Positions 11,393 through 24,416 of a stretch of DNA of 64,000 nucleotides are shown here, piece by piece. This DNA comes from Schmidtea polychroa. Its lineage: Eukaryota. The number at the start of each line of letters is the position of its first letter. Position 1 is the first letter of the stretch. The translations under genes and the position numbers were made by a program. A model generated the notes under the pieces. That model was not told the origin of the DNA. It ran no database searches and saw nothing but the letters and a program-made list of their open reading frames with translations. The DNA lies in NCBI GenBank assembly GCA_044892525.1, contig CM097886.1, positions 182,764,312-182,828,311 on the forward strand, written 5' to 3'.

Positions 11393-13692
11393 TAAATTAA
11401 TAATGATTAAAAATAATAAAACTATATTATTATATACTTTCTTTTTCTTGAATTAAATAGAATGAACTTAAAAACTAAAATATTTTGATTTTTTTATCTA
11501 ATTTTCAGAATTGGCAAATATCCGAATAGTATCCGGATATTTCATGTTTAAGCTATTTGATATCCGGATACCAGAAAGTCCGGATAATTGACATCTCTAA
11601 TTGAGGTGATAATAAACAATCTAATAAACAATATAAACTAAAATTAAACCACAAATCACTTGCATTCCCCAGTTTAAATAGTACTTCGAAAGTTGAAAAA
11701 TCTGTAACTTTGAGTATGGCCATTCATTGTTAAATTTAAAAATAGAAATTTAATTCGTTAAAGAAAAGACAATTTTAATCGCTGAAATTGCTAAAACAAA
11801 TTTAAATTTCCAAAACATTATAAACATTCTGATATTTTATCTTAAATTCAACCACGGCTCATACGACACTTAATTAAAATGCACACATCAAGCTACAAAC
11901 AAGCACAAAAGGAAGAGCACTGTCTATTTTCAGATATACACAAGTGGAAATTAAACATTTATCTGTTAATTGATTTTTGATTTTTTGAGATCTAATAATC
12001 AATTTTGCAAAATAAGATATATAAATTCGAATCCGATTTAATAGTCGACCATAGGGTAAATTTTAGTCGATCGTCAATGAATGAAATGTAATAATATATA
12101 ATAAAATCAAACAGCTAAATTATTCTCTTTTCATTATTTCTAAGAGAGAAATTAATGAAAAGCTGCTAGATGTTACAATTTAATAACTTAGTCTGGGCTG
12201 CAGGTTGGTATGTCATGTCCCCCCCCCTTTTGTACGAAATTAGACTAATAAAAATGAAATTTAAAAATAAATATATATAAAATCATCTATTAATCTGTCC
12301 GTTTACCTAGATGACGCTTCACACGGCAATTTATTTTGATCTAAAAAACGTAGAAAATTCGAATATTACAAGTAGTTCAGTCTCTATCCTCTCTTAGTAA
12401 TTGACGTGTGGCAGAAATTAAGTAAGTACTTGAAGACATAAAATATGCATGATACCATCTGATACCACGTGACTCAATCCTGTCAATTTTTGTGGGACAT
12501 TGTAACTAACAATTAAATGTGACAATTACGAGATTTAACTGGGATGATTAGGCGGTCTTACTCGATGTCTATAATTGTGTATGAAAAAGCAAATTATGGT
12601 TTCATGTCTCGGTTTATATTGACTCCAAAAATTCCTCTCCCGACTGTTATTCTACCGAGTAGCATCCTAGCTGTTTCTCAGATTTTCTGTGTTATTAATT
12701 GATATTTGAAGAATTGATCCTATTCTTGGATTTGTGTTTTTTATAACAAAATGAGTAATTATGATTAAATATTCTATGCAAAGCTAAAAAATGGAAACAA
12801 TTTAGAATACTCATCAGGAATTCCACAGTTTTGTGAAATATATGAGAATCGTTTTTGAGAGGCAATATTATTGCCATGCTTACATTTTTACAGCCATGGC
12901 AATTAAATCAAGCCAGAATCACACTGAAATGTAGTTGAATTTAATTAAAACAATTATTCATCAAAATCATAGCATCAATAGTGACAAGTATGGGTCATTT
13001 TAGTGCTTAGTCACGAGGTTGAGATTATATAATTTAACAACTTCCCTTATCAACTTCCCTTACATCAAACTTGTTCATCATCTGCACACTACTTCGCTAT
13101 GATTGTTCTATTATTATAAAGTTAATATTATCGTTTTCATGTTATTATCGATACCATTATTATTACTAGTAACATCATTTTCCTTATTGATATTGGTATT
13201 ATTGTTATCACTGTCATCCCTATTATTGTTGTTATTATTATTGCTCTCATTAGCCATATTGTTATTACTATCAACATTATTAACCTTATTTGTATTATTA
13301 TTATTAGCATTATTACCGCCTCAATTATTTATACTACGGTTACCACTATTGTTTCGACCAGTCAGGGGGGGATTGCCTCTGACTGGCAGTTGTTTGGCGT
13401 TTTCTGTATCGCGTCTGTGTGCGCGGTATGATTTGACTGAATTTTGTTGGTGTGCGAACACAGACGCGAGAAGTAGGTTTAATTTCTTTGTTTTTTATAG
13501 ATTTGTGAATTTCAATTGATTTAGATTTGTTTTGCTGTAAAAGGTTTTGTTCGATTTGTTGTTCTGGATTGGTGGAATTTTGAATTGTCGGAAATTTCTG
13601 GAATTTCGATTTTGAAGTCTGGAATTGAGAATTTTTGGTATAATTATAATTGTTTATCTGTTTATCGAAATCGGAACGTTGACAATAATTAA

Positions 13693-13985
13693 ATGAATCC
13701 AGAGTATGACTATTTATTCAAGCTTCTATTAATTGGAGATTCTGGTGTTGGAAAATCTTGTTTATTACTCAGATCTGCAGATGATTCTTATACTGAAAGT
13801 TGCATAAGCACAATTGGAGTTGACTTTAAAATCAGAACTATTGAATTAGATGATGAAACTATGAAATTGCAAATATGGGATACAGCAGGTCAAGAAAGAT
13901 TTTGAAATATAACCTCGTCTTATTACAGAGCTCATGGAATTATTGTTGTGTATGATGTTACCGATCAAGATTCGTTTAATATTAC
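13693..13985 (+). pseudogene. RAB1: Rab1 small GTPase, 5' half, intronless, nonsense codon at 13903
   Basis: [27 protein letters not shown]...[35 protein letters not shown] is near-identical to the Rab1 N-terminus. Confidence 0.93.
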
Positions 13986-14200
13986 TGAAAGTACTGGAGG
14001 TGTTATGACTGGTATGATCCCTGATTGTCGATCTCAAGTATGTCGTGCACAAATGGAAGCAGCTCGATTTAAATCTAAAATTGGATATGAAATGCCTTGT
14101 GATATAATACGTCGTTATAAAATTCTGATATTAATCAGCTCTATACCCAATCGGTTGAGATGCGACCATCAGGTTGTTCAATGATAGCGCTATCATATGA
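13975..14200 (+). pseudogene. PSMA6: Proteasome subunit alpha-6 internal fragment fused in frame to Rab1
   Basis: [42 protein letters not shown] and, after a shift, [20 protein letters not shown] match PSMA6 [20 protein letters not shown]...YGYEIPVD...[20 protein letters not shown]. Confidence 0.85.
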
Positions 14201-14405
14201 TAATAAATGGAAAACAATTTTAACTCCTGAACAATAAAGGAACAGAATGCGCCTTTACGGGAATATTTGGGGATAACAAAGATCCTGGTACGTATAGCTG
14301 GGTCTGTTGTGGAGCTCATCTTGGCCACGTGTTTGATGACGGGTCCAAGCCTACCGGATTGAGATATTGTGTTAACAGTGCCTCTTTGAATTTCAATAAA
14401 AATCA
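14200..14405 (+). pseudogene. MSRB: Methionine-R-sulfoxide reductase B, internally deleted fragment
   Basis: WKTILTPEQ / KGTECAFTG...[14 protein letters not shown] / [27 protein letters not shown]; the middle of the domain is missing. Confidence 0.88.
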
Positions 14406-15059
14406 TCTGATGTTTGTTCAGTTTATTCAACTATTATCCCATGTCATGGTCGTTATTAGTGCTAATACTTTGCTTTCATTATTATTCTTGTTAATAAGTT
14501 ATTGTTATTACTGACAGTCCCGTTTTTTATTTGAATTAATCCCTAAGATCAATTAATATGATTATATCTATGTCATTTAAATGTTAGATAATTTAATAAT
14601 ATATTTGCATTAATTTAATTTCAAAAATAATTTTAGTAATTCTAAGATTTTCCCTGTTACTAATTATAGTAACGATACCACCCCTTACCCAATAATATCT
14701 TTATGGCCTAACGAATCTATTTTTAGTAACGGGCCCCCTCTTATCAGATATAAATAATTTATAGTAAGTTTCCCCCACACACACCTATCCTATAATGGGC
14801 CAATCACGATCTCACAATCTACCACAATTTCATTCGCCTTCAAACCAGAAAGCAACTGGGGCATAAAAACTTGATTTTTGCGAAAAAATTAACCAAAAGA
14901 CCTTTAAGTGTATATTATTAAATGTAAATACTTACAAAGGGAATTACGAATTTGATTATCGTGCCAGATTACCGTGAAATAAAATTAAGTAAATATAAAA
15001 AAACTATGCTTTTAAATTTAAAACAAAAAATTTAATCCACTTGGAATTGTTTTCAGTAT

Positions 15060-15646
15060 CTATCATTTTCAAACGTTCACAAACTTCTTGTGATTTTAAT
15101 AATTAAAATTTAATTGAATGTACTTATCTTTAATCCTTAAGCCCTTAGAATTTCTATCAAGTACAAATTGCAATACTTCATTTTCAATTTTAGGAAATTC
15201 CAATTTTCGTCCACCACCAGGTAATCTTCGTGAAACTTTTATTTGCACGGATTGATTGTTTAAAGTTTGAAGAAGTTGTGCTTTTTGATTGTGCCATCCC
15301 CTAAGAATTGATGTACCAATGTTGTATTTTTTTGACAATGCCATCCAGCCACTGCCTTTCACACCGTATTAATTTAAAAGTTTTAGTTTATGTTTAATTG
15401 AATATTTTTTTCTTTTTAGATTATTTGACATTCTATGGCTATGGTTGAAATCATAAAATATAAAATAAATGAAATGATCTTTGTATTAATTAAAATTAAA
15501 AAGTCTACCTTTACGAAATAGCGTGCTAAAAACATTCACTTTGGTTAATTTGTAAGAGGAGTATTAATTTTCTATAATTTTTTTTTAAAAACAAACTTGA
15601 AATTTTTTTGATAAAGTAACATTTATTCATGTGCTGTCAAATCATA

Positions 15647-15691
<45 letters not shown>

Positions 15692-16025
15692 CTCAGTAAA
15701 AGTAGAAGTAGTCAAGACATGATATTTTGAATTGACATTGCTTACTACGAAAATTATAAAAAAATATAACCAAAAAAATGTAATCAGGAAATCTGAATCG
15801 CAACAGATTGGAATTTCGTATATAATTTTTATTTTTTAATGTAAAGTGCCCAACAAGCAAATGCGTCATATGACACATTAAAAAAAACTTGGTTGTGTGT
15901 CATATTTAGAGTTTTCACACAACGTTTTATTCGAACATAAGACCTAGGCGTTATTTTCGAATAAAACGGCCAGTAGGCGCAGTATTCACACATAACACCT
16001 AGGCGCTATGTTCGGCGGAAGACTG
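15060..16025 (-). mobile_element. pogo/Tigger-type DNA transposon fragment (5' end)
   Basis: Minus-strand KRKKYSIKHKLKLL*...SKKYNIG...RRLPGGGRKLEFPKIENEVLQFV (two HTH domains, CENP-B-like). Terminal repeat ...TAGGCGCTATGTTCGGCGGAAGACTG followed by TA at 16026. Confidence 0.75.
15650..15689. repeat. (TA)n microsatellite
   Basis: About 20 TA units. Confidence 0.95.
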
Positions 16026-17211
16026 TAATCCTCTTCAATATAAGTATCGCGTTGAAATGTTTAAATTTCTCATTATCGATATCTCATATAATAAAATTAG
16101 TAATACCTGAAATATAGTTTTCAACCCTGGAAACACAACAGAACCAGATAGCCATCGACGCTCACGTCATACAACCCGGAAAATCGAAGCGAAAGAGACT
16201 AGTTCGAACGATAGAGGTCGGTTGAAGACTCCGGGTAGCCGAGCAGGAGCACCTGGTCGAACAAGGGGCATCTCAATCATAATATGACTTGTACATAAGT
16301 GTATAGTAATTATATAGTGGTATCAATAAAATTGTTTAATTTCACGAGTATGTTTGATGCCAGTCTGATGAGATGGTGAGAGAGTTTCTAGAATTTGGGA
16401 AAACAATTAAATTGAGGGACCAGAGCAAATCGGATATAAATCTTCTATCGATAGTCCTTGATCCCAAGGAGTGCCCGACAATTATAGTGCAGATAATGCG
16501 CTCCCTTTTTGCGAGCACTCACCTCTTGATACATTACCAACGTTGATCATTCAACGGGTGTCAAGCAGAGAAATGTTGTTTGTATTCTGGGTTACGCTGG
16601 AAACAGCACGATGAGGTAAAATGTATGCTTACCTGTAACCCAACATTTATAAGTCCTTTGTGAAGTCAGGATTCAGATATGGGATATGTCATTCATTCAA
16701 TACTATTATTGTTTTCAAGCTTATATTATAAAAATAGTGAAACTGTATATCCAGTAAAATAGAAATTGCATGTATTTTTTACCCCCTAATTCACAGCATT
16801 TTAAAGATGTGATAAGTTAAAAAATAATTTCATAATATTAAGAACTTGTAGTATGGTTGAAATAATTTTCGATAATCATACTACGAAAATTATTTTAGAT
16901 TCATCATGCAAGGATTTTCGACCAACCCATCTTTTCTCGGAAGGTTGCTCTCAGAAATATAAATTTTTTAAAAAATTTAAGTTAAAAGAATATTTTTTAA
17001 TATTTATTTTATCCACTACTTATAAATTATATTTATATATAATATTAGGTCCAATGAAGACTTCTAAATAAGACTTTGAAAATGGATAATGAGGTTCCGC
17101 GATTCCAGAAATTTATCTTTTGTTAACAATGAAAGTTATTTCTAGGTTAATGAAAAAATGTAAGTGAAACATTATTATTAATTATTAAATTTTATTATTA
17201 ATTTTTTTTCC

Positions 17212-17247
<36 letters not shown>

Positions 17248-17292
17248 ATTATTATTTTATTTGTATTATTATTCTATTATTATTATTTTATT

Positions 17293-17436
17293 NNNNNNNN
17301 NNNNNNNNNNNNNNNNNNNNNNNNNNNNNNNNNNNNNNNNNNNNNNNNNNNNNNNNNNNNNNNNNNNNNNNNNNNNNNNNNNNNNNNNNNNNNNNNNNNN
17401 NNNNNNNNNNNNNNNNNNNNNNNNNNNNNNNNNNNN
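17293..17436. other. Assembly gap (N run) next to an (ATT)n tract
   Basis: Ns in the sequence. Confidence 1.
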
Positions 17437-18338
17437 TTTTATTTATAAAAATTGATCCAACTAATAAAAACAAATCATTGATCTCATTTTTGTTTTAATA
17501 ATTTAAATTAATCAACTAGGAGACAAAATATTTTCATGGAAAATCTAATTTAGTTTCGTTATTAAACTCATCAACAATTATTTGATAATTTATAATTTCT
17601 CGATGTGATTTTCTTCAATTTCATTATTCCTTAATGAATTAATTACAAATAAGTAGAGAAATCGATTTAAATAAATAAACGGTTTTGAACAGTCTAATTG
17701 AAGAATAAGCATTTCACGGTGGGTGAATTTGGATTGAAAATATGTCACAAAGTAATTATAGAAATATACATAATGTGAATCCAGGAAGCATTTAGTCCTT
17801 GGAATATTGTCAGAGGGTTTAATTTCTCTAATGCAGCTTGCTTTTTCATTAGAAAATAGGAATATACCTGATATATACCCACTTATTAAGAAAAAAAAAA
17901 TAAAATTGAGCAATTTATTTAAATTCTTACTTCAGATCTTATACATCTTTAATTAATTTCTCTATTATTAAATCTCCCTATATAATAAATATACCTCATT
18001 TTGTTTTTGTAAAACTAAATAAAATTATCACAAATTTACCTCGCCACAAGAAAACCTTCTGTTGATCTAAATATTTCTTACTAATTCAACTGTCACATTT
18101 AGTTTCTTTCTAATGCACTTTTGACAAACTTTGATCATATACTTTCTCTTAATATTAGAGAGAAGGAAATTTTTATCTGAAATAATTTATTAAGAAATAT
18201 TTTAATGGCCATCGAATTCATCAAATTTTGATAAAAATCTCTAGAAAATTTGAGTCAGTAGACAGGTTTATTTTTAACATGATTTTTGTTATTTGTGCTA
18301 TATATTCGCAATCAATATCATGTTTATAATAATAATAT

Positions 18339-18560
18339 TTATTAAAAAGAGCTTGAAGACTATAAATCAGTAATATATCGATGTTTTTGATATCAAAAAT
18401 TTTCGGCACTGCCTTTTTCAAGTGAGTTTGAACTAATTGATATATTACTGATTTATAGTCTTCAAGCCCTTTTTAATAAATAAAATGGAAAAAAAGTCAC
18501 TGGTAAAATTGAAAAAAGTTCTTATAATATAATAATATTATAAGAACTTTTTTCAATTTT
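18339..18560. repeat. Two AT-rich inverted repeats (41-bp arms 18339-18379/18439-18479; 26-bp arms 18505-18530/18535-18560), foldback-like remnant
   Basis: Direct reverse-complement matches. Confidence 0.8.
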
Positions 18561-18959
18561 CACCTCTGATTTCTTTACAATTGACATGTATTTATTAAAA
18601 ATTTGACTGTGAATCAGAAAATATATCGATGTTTTTTTATATCTTTACTGATTCATAGTCAATACAATAATAAGAATAATATTATTATTAATAATTAAGA
18701 TAAAGTTTAAAATATTTGCCTTTATTCTCTTGCGTTTAATGTCTTGCATTTAATGAAACCAACCGGCATCTTCGCCATTTCTGAATACTAACGGCATAAG
18801 TTGTGCCAAGTTTATATAAAAAAATCGATATTTTCGAAAAAATGTTAGTTTTAAAATTTTCTATTTAAAATGTATTTATAATTCTTATATTTACAAATTA
18901 TTTTATAATTTCAATGAATTATTTAAAATTCGAAAATAAAGATTTTATCTTACGAAAGT

Positions 18960-19218
18960 NNNNNNNNNNNNNNNNNNNNNNNNNNNNNNNNNNNNNNNNN
19001 NNNNNNNNNNNNNNNNNNNNNNNNNNNNNNNNNNNNNNNNNNNNNNNNNNNNNNNNNNNNNNNNNNNNNNNNNNNNNNNNNNNNNNNNNNNNNNNNNNNN
19101 NNNNNNNNNNNNNNNNNNNNNNNNNNNNNNNNNNNNNNNNNNNNNNNNNNNNNNNNNNNNNNNNNNNNNNNNNNNNNNNNNNNNNNNNNNNNNNNNNNNN
19201 NNNNNNNNNNNNNNNNNN
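18960..19218. other. Assembly gap (N run)
   Basis: Ns in the sequence. Confidence 1.
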
Positions 19219-19384
19219 AAATATATGTCCCATATAATTTATTTTCTTAATTATTTATAAAGTTACACTTAAATATGAAAATAGAAAATTTAAAATCTAG
19301 AAATAAATATAATTAGAATCATTGTAACAATTGTAAATTTATATCTATTTATGTGTTTGTTTATTAATTTATTTTCCTTTAATG

Positions 19385-19416
<32 letters not shown>

Positions 19417-22309
19417 AAACGAATGATAAGATATAAGAAATATTTTTGAAACAAAATTTCCCCATCTCTATCCAGACATTTAATTGGCATTTCCAAATGA
19501 CATTTACCGAAAGCTTCATGCTAATCCGAATTAACTCCTGAATTGCAATTTTTTGTGACATAAACCTTTAGCTTTATTGTTTACAGGTATTCCAATTAAA
19601 TGATGAGCTCATTTCCAGATTTGCAATTATTAATATTATTTTTGCAAACAATGAAATTTATAAATAGCGAAATTATTATCTATTCGAAATTTACCTATTA
19701 AATTATTTATGGAAAATCAGAAAATTTTGTTTACAGTAATCATCAATTTAATATTAGATTTTACGCTAGATTTACGGAATGAGCGAATTTGACTCGTTTT
19801 TACATGTTATTGCTAATGTTGGGCTGAGTCGAAAGCTTGATCGTCAAATTTAGGACAGATAAGACGCGAACAAATAAAATAAGACCACAAATTGCTAAAA
19901 TAAATAAATCAAGAGACAAAAGAAACAATAACGTAAAATATTAAGATTAAAACAAAAAATAAAAAATAGAAAAATTAAAATAAGGTAATAAGATAAGGAA
20001 TAAAATGACGAAAAATGCAACAAATAATGAGGAATTTAAGAAACAAATAAAAAATATATTAAAATAAAGAAAAATAAGGAAAAACAACCAAAGAAATAAG
20101 AAAAACAAATTAATTTAAAAGTTAAAGCGGTACTCAATTTTTATTGGTCCTCATAAACAAAAAAATCCTATATAAGCAAACGGCAAATTCAATATAGTTA
20201 CTGTTTAACAAACACCATTACAGGTAAGCTCATAATTTTAAAAACTGACTGTTTAACAAACACCATTACAGATCAACACTCAACCATTACAGACGATCAC
20301 CGACGTACAACCTAAACGACTATCAGGGACAATTAGATTTTCAACTCAGTACAATAACCGAATTCAGCTTTTCGACTCAGCTTTTCGAGATCACAGATCG
20401 ATAAAGAATAAAGTAAGGATGTATTCTTATTATGAATTTGAGTAAATGTTTCTCATGGAAGTTAATAGTAATAATGTTTATTATCACAATTTTAATAAAA
20501 TTTTAATGTTCTCTCCATTTGGTCTCATATTTTAATAATCAAGTATTTTCAGTAATGAAATTTAAAGCCTTTTATGATAGATACTATGCATGATAATTTC
20601 GATTTTTATGGAATTTATATGAAAATTATGATCGAGTAACGTGGAGTTGAGGAGACCTGTACCATGGTGTGAGGAGCCTTCGGGAGCTCAGCCGGTGGGT
20701 ACAGGCTTCTTCAATCACGCAGCTGACGTGGGCCGGAAAGTGGGGGCTTCCTCACGGGTCCGTCGCTGAGGGAATTAAAATGTTGCAAGAATTAGCTGAC
20801 AATAACATAGAGTACCATTCGGATTTGACAATGAGAACGATCTTAAAAACAATGACTGAGGTGGCTACAAAACGTTTATTTTTCGAAACTCATCATCCTT
20901 AGCTGTTACATCTTGAATTCTTTACCTAATATCCGTGATTAGTCTGAATTGCCTAAGTGTACCAATCGACATTCCATCTTCTGAGTACCAAACCCTTTTC
21001 TGTTGAAATGCACGTCAATTTCCGTCTGACCTGTAGAAACTGAGTACCAACCCATTCGTCGACGCTATACAATCACATGAGAAGTATAGATGAAATTTAT
21101 TGGACACAATTTTTTAATAAGAAAATGTATTACGAAACTGTTTTATTTTTAACCAAATTATTTCGAAGTGTTCTGAAAATTACACTCACAGTAGGATAAA
21201 CTCCCTTCAGTGAAGGACACCTCCGATTGACCTTGTCAAATTGCAGATTTTTCGAATAAGTCGAAGGAAATGTCCACGAAATAAAGTTATCCAAGTAGAA
21301 AACACAATTAACTGCACATCGCGGGGAATAAATCCAACATTAGCGTTTGATGAGAGAGCAACCTAGATGACATATTGATTCCACGAATTGATTCGGCCCA
21401 GTGGTGTATTGCGATCATCTGCGAACGATAATTCCGATAATGAGCAAACATACGAGATAAATCACACGCACTAACACACTAGTACTTACTCACATATGCG
21501 ACAAGCAGTATTTTCCCAGTCAGCTACAAGTATTGAGAACCGAAATTGAAACACGCACATACAACAAGGTTGGCTCGGATAGATAGCAGGCTGCCTGTCT
21601 CATGCTTCCATTATCTGGCGTGACGAACTATTTTACATGAGATTAATCTTATTACAGGTGTTTCCCGACATACAATTAATTTCATCGTAGATTAAAATTT
21701 TAACTTGCAGGATGATAATTCCGAACATCAATAATAGATAACGGCCAGGTGATTAGTGTATATTCCAAACAATTTGGTATTAAACAGAGACCCAGCAGCT
21801 ATTGAGTGGAGATTAATTTTGCCTGCGCATCCGCTTGCCGAGGTGGGAATTCTGAGTTATGTCCTGGGGGAATAATGCGTTGGTTAAGGGGGAAATCGGA
21901 AGGCGTTAACAATAAAATTTTGTTTTCTGCGTTTGGTCTATTTCCAAAGATATTATTTGAAGGAATTATTAGTTATCGGCTCAATTTCGTTGTCCATTTT
22001 GTGTACAAGGAGGTTGGGCATCCCCGCATCTAATTAATTACGAATTTGTTTTGTTGTTTCTCCATTACACCAAGGGAAAGGGGGTCACGGCTTACAACTC
22101 GACCGGTAGATGACATTCGAATTTAATAATAATAACTCAGAGATTTTCTTCACCCATTAGCATAAATCCCTTCCTCTTAATATATTAGGACCACATCAAA
22201 ATTAATGTATAGCTTGTAGGAAAATTCATAGATGATTAGGCCACCAGGCTGGTTTAATAGACATAGCAAATCTTGTATTTTATCCTTATTGTTTCTTTCA
22301 TTATAGCCA

Positions 22310-23065
22310 TTGAGAATGTTACCAAGCTCGAAGTCGTCTCTCAAACCCTGCTTCTCATGCTCAGATAAGAATTCTATAATCAGGGATTTGCAAGCCCAGA
22401 TCGGTCGATACAAGAAAGCGATCGACCATCTGGAAGGTACATGGTTCAGCCCAGTACAAATGAAGGAGGTACAAAAGAAATTGTACCGAAGCGAGCACTG
22501 TCGCGACGCCTTAATAAGCGAGAGTAGGGCCCAACGCAGTCTTATCAAAGAGCAGTCCGAGGCTCTACACAAGGTCTACGTACAAGCGGCAGCAACTAGA
22601 AAGATAGTGAGTATACCTATCAATGGAGCGGACGACCTTTTCCCCGTCCATCATGAACTTCCTTCCAATTCGTCATCTTCGGCTAAGAAGCCCTGCCGGG
22701 AATGCGTGGAAGCCGATCTCTCTCCCAGGTCAACCATAGTGTCTCCCATTGGAGCCCAGAAAGGGTTATCATCGACCGCGTCTTCCTCTGTCGTACTATC
22801 AAACACCCTGATTGTTCCAAAACCCAAGCGTCGACAGTTGTCCAGAGCTGAGCGTAAAAAGCGTCAGCGCGAACGAGCAATCGCCAAACAAAGTGGACTA
22901 TCTGCCGAGCTCTCCAGTACTTCGAACGATCCCCCTGTAACGATCGATTTAACCGTAGGGATCCCAGGGCGAATCATCTCCGCCGCTGGTGTAACTTGGG
23001 AGGAGAATGCCTCCGAATTCTTCGAGCTGGAGGAGCTGTTAGCCGACGCAGAATGGGAAAAGTAA
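22310..23065 (+). CDS. LTR-encoded 251-aa protein of unknown function (coiled coil, two CxxC, basic NLS-like stretch)
   Basis: Open in both LTRs with identical peptide; KPKRRQLSRAERKKRQRER; AATAAA at ~23202. Confidence 0.65.
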   Translation: MRMLPSSKSSLKPCFSCSDKNSIIRDLQAQIGRYKKAIDHLEGTWFSPVQMKEVQKKLYRSEHCRDALISESRAQRSLIKEQSEALHKVYVQAAATRKIVSIPINGADDLFPVHHELPSNSSSSAKKPCRECVEADLSPRSTIVSPIGAQKGLSSTASSSVVLSNTLIVPKPKRRQLSRAERKKRQRERAIAKQSGLSAELSSTSNDPPVTIDLTVGIPGRIISAAGVTWEENASEFFELEELLADAEWEK

Positions 23066-23870
23066 AGCTCTCAATCCAATGCAACTACATCGATCATGTT
23101 TAGTAAATTGAACGATTCTGACTTATATGTTCTCGTAAACCGTCTTCCCTTGATTTATATTAGTCCTGTAGTTTTAACTGTATAGCGTACTATGATAGTA
23201 GAATAAAGAAATTTTCGTCATTTCTTATTGTTAGTTTTTGTTTGATTAGCCATTGTAAAGGTTCAGAGTAGTTTTTACAACCCAAGCGCAAACTTTAGTT
23301 CGAAAGGCATTAGACAATCTGTATATAACTCGGTGTCAGGTAGGGAAGGAAATGGTGGAGTGATCAGACGTAAGCCCTTCCATCGGCAGTCAGAAAAAGG
23401 AAGTCGAGGCCTCAGTAAGGAGTAGTCCTAAGGTAGGGGCTCACCTGCTTACTGGTGTCTCGCCGGCATAGCACATTTCCAACGTGGAGCAATTCACGGG
23501 TGCTATGTTGGAGTACAGGTTGTGCGGGGTCTTGCTCCGGATTGACGTAAGCACACTTAGCGTAAATGAATGGACACTCATCTCCTAGACAGGTGCGTAA
23601 ATGAGTTAAGGTCAATCAAGCACTACCCCAGCATGATTTTTGGGGGCTCAGCCGGGATTTATTATTGAATTTCCGTCGAATAGTGTGAATTCACCGGGAT
23701 TATGGATTTCAATTGATTGGCGAAGACAAATTGACTAATGCTTAGCGAATCTTATTATAAAACCACGATTAGGAAATAATAAAACTAAAGATACAAATAA
23801 AGTAAATTTAATAGTGGGGAAATGAGATAAAAGTAAAATAAGTTATAACGATCTTAAAAAGAAAAAATGC

Positions 23871-24416
23871 GTGATGAAACAACCATTAATTAGCTGTAGA
23901 TTATTAAAATATTTTCTTTTCCCAATAGATATGACGGAATTCGCAGAACAGATTCAACAATTAATCAATTTCATTAATATAGAAAACGACCATATTAAAA
24001 CACTCATACAAAAAAGAGAACGAATCAATAGCATTCTACTCCAAGCAATCGGACACACACCAGTCGTACCTAACCACGTGTTAATGGCCGCAGGTTTAAG
24101 CCGTCCAGAGGGTAAAATAAATCACGAAACGGTATATCAATGGTATGTAGAAAGACTAAAAAACCCGGCCCTGAACATAGAATACGAGCGAATAAAAGAT
24201 CAGTTACATACAATATCAGAGGCAATTGAACAAAGGATCCAAGAGAAACTCGCTGAATTACGAACTTGTCAGTCTTGCCACCTTCGCCCTATACGCGTAC
24301 TGTTCTTGCCTTGTGGACACCTCAGTCATTGTGAAGAATGCGTACAAGATCTGAAACGATGTACAATATGCAAACATGAGATAAAAGAAACCCATATGGT
24401 TTATTACGGTGATTAA
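23871..24416 (+). CDS. LTR-encoded coiled coil plus C-terminal IAP-type RING-HC protein (putative E3 ligase, no BIR)
   Basis: CQSC..PIRVLFLPCGHLSHCEECVQDLKRCTICKHEI matches the IAP RING pattern; followed by AATAAA. Confidence 0.88.
   Translation: MMKQPLISCRLLKYFLFPIDMTEFAEQIQQLINFINIENDHIKTLIQKRERINSILLQAIGHTPVVPNHVLMAAGLSRPEGKINHETVYQWYVERLKNPALNIEYERIKDQLHTISEAIEQRIQEKLAELRTCQSCHLRPIRVLFLPCGHLSHCEECVQDLKRCTICKHEIKETHMVYYGD

Larger units (their letters stand above)
8680..11599 (+). mobile_element. hAT (hobo/Ac-like) DNA transposon, complete ends
   Basis: TIR TAGGGATG.../...CATCTCTA; 8-bp TSD ATTGAGGT at 8672-8679 and 11600-11607; multiple ATCCGGATA subterminal repeats at both ends. Confidence 0.95.

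Noticed and set aside
11860-12700. Scattered GC-rich motifs suggesting another transposon end
   Set aside because: No TIR pair, TSD or coding remnant could be established.
13103-13519. 138-aa Leu-rich 'membrane protein'
   Set aside because: Translation of degenerate (TTA/TTG)n low-complexity DNA; the opposite strand is Asn-rich with stops.
16100-16700. GC-richer island with short reading frames
   Set aside because: Probably a TE remnant, but no recognisable motif, terminus or repeat partner.
17261-19237. ORFs spanning N runs
   Set aside because: Artefacts of assembly gaps.
20669-20902. Short LTR ORFs (77, 75, 131, 65 and 67 aa, and their 3' LTR copies)
   Set aside because: GTG/TTG starts or antisense to the 251-aa ORF, no motifs; identity between LTRs is uninformative.
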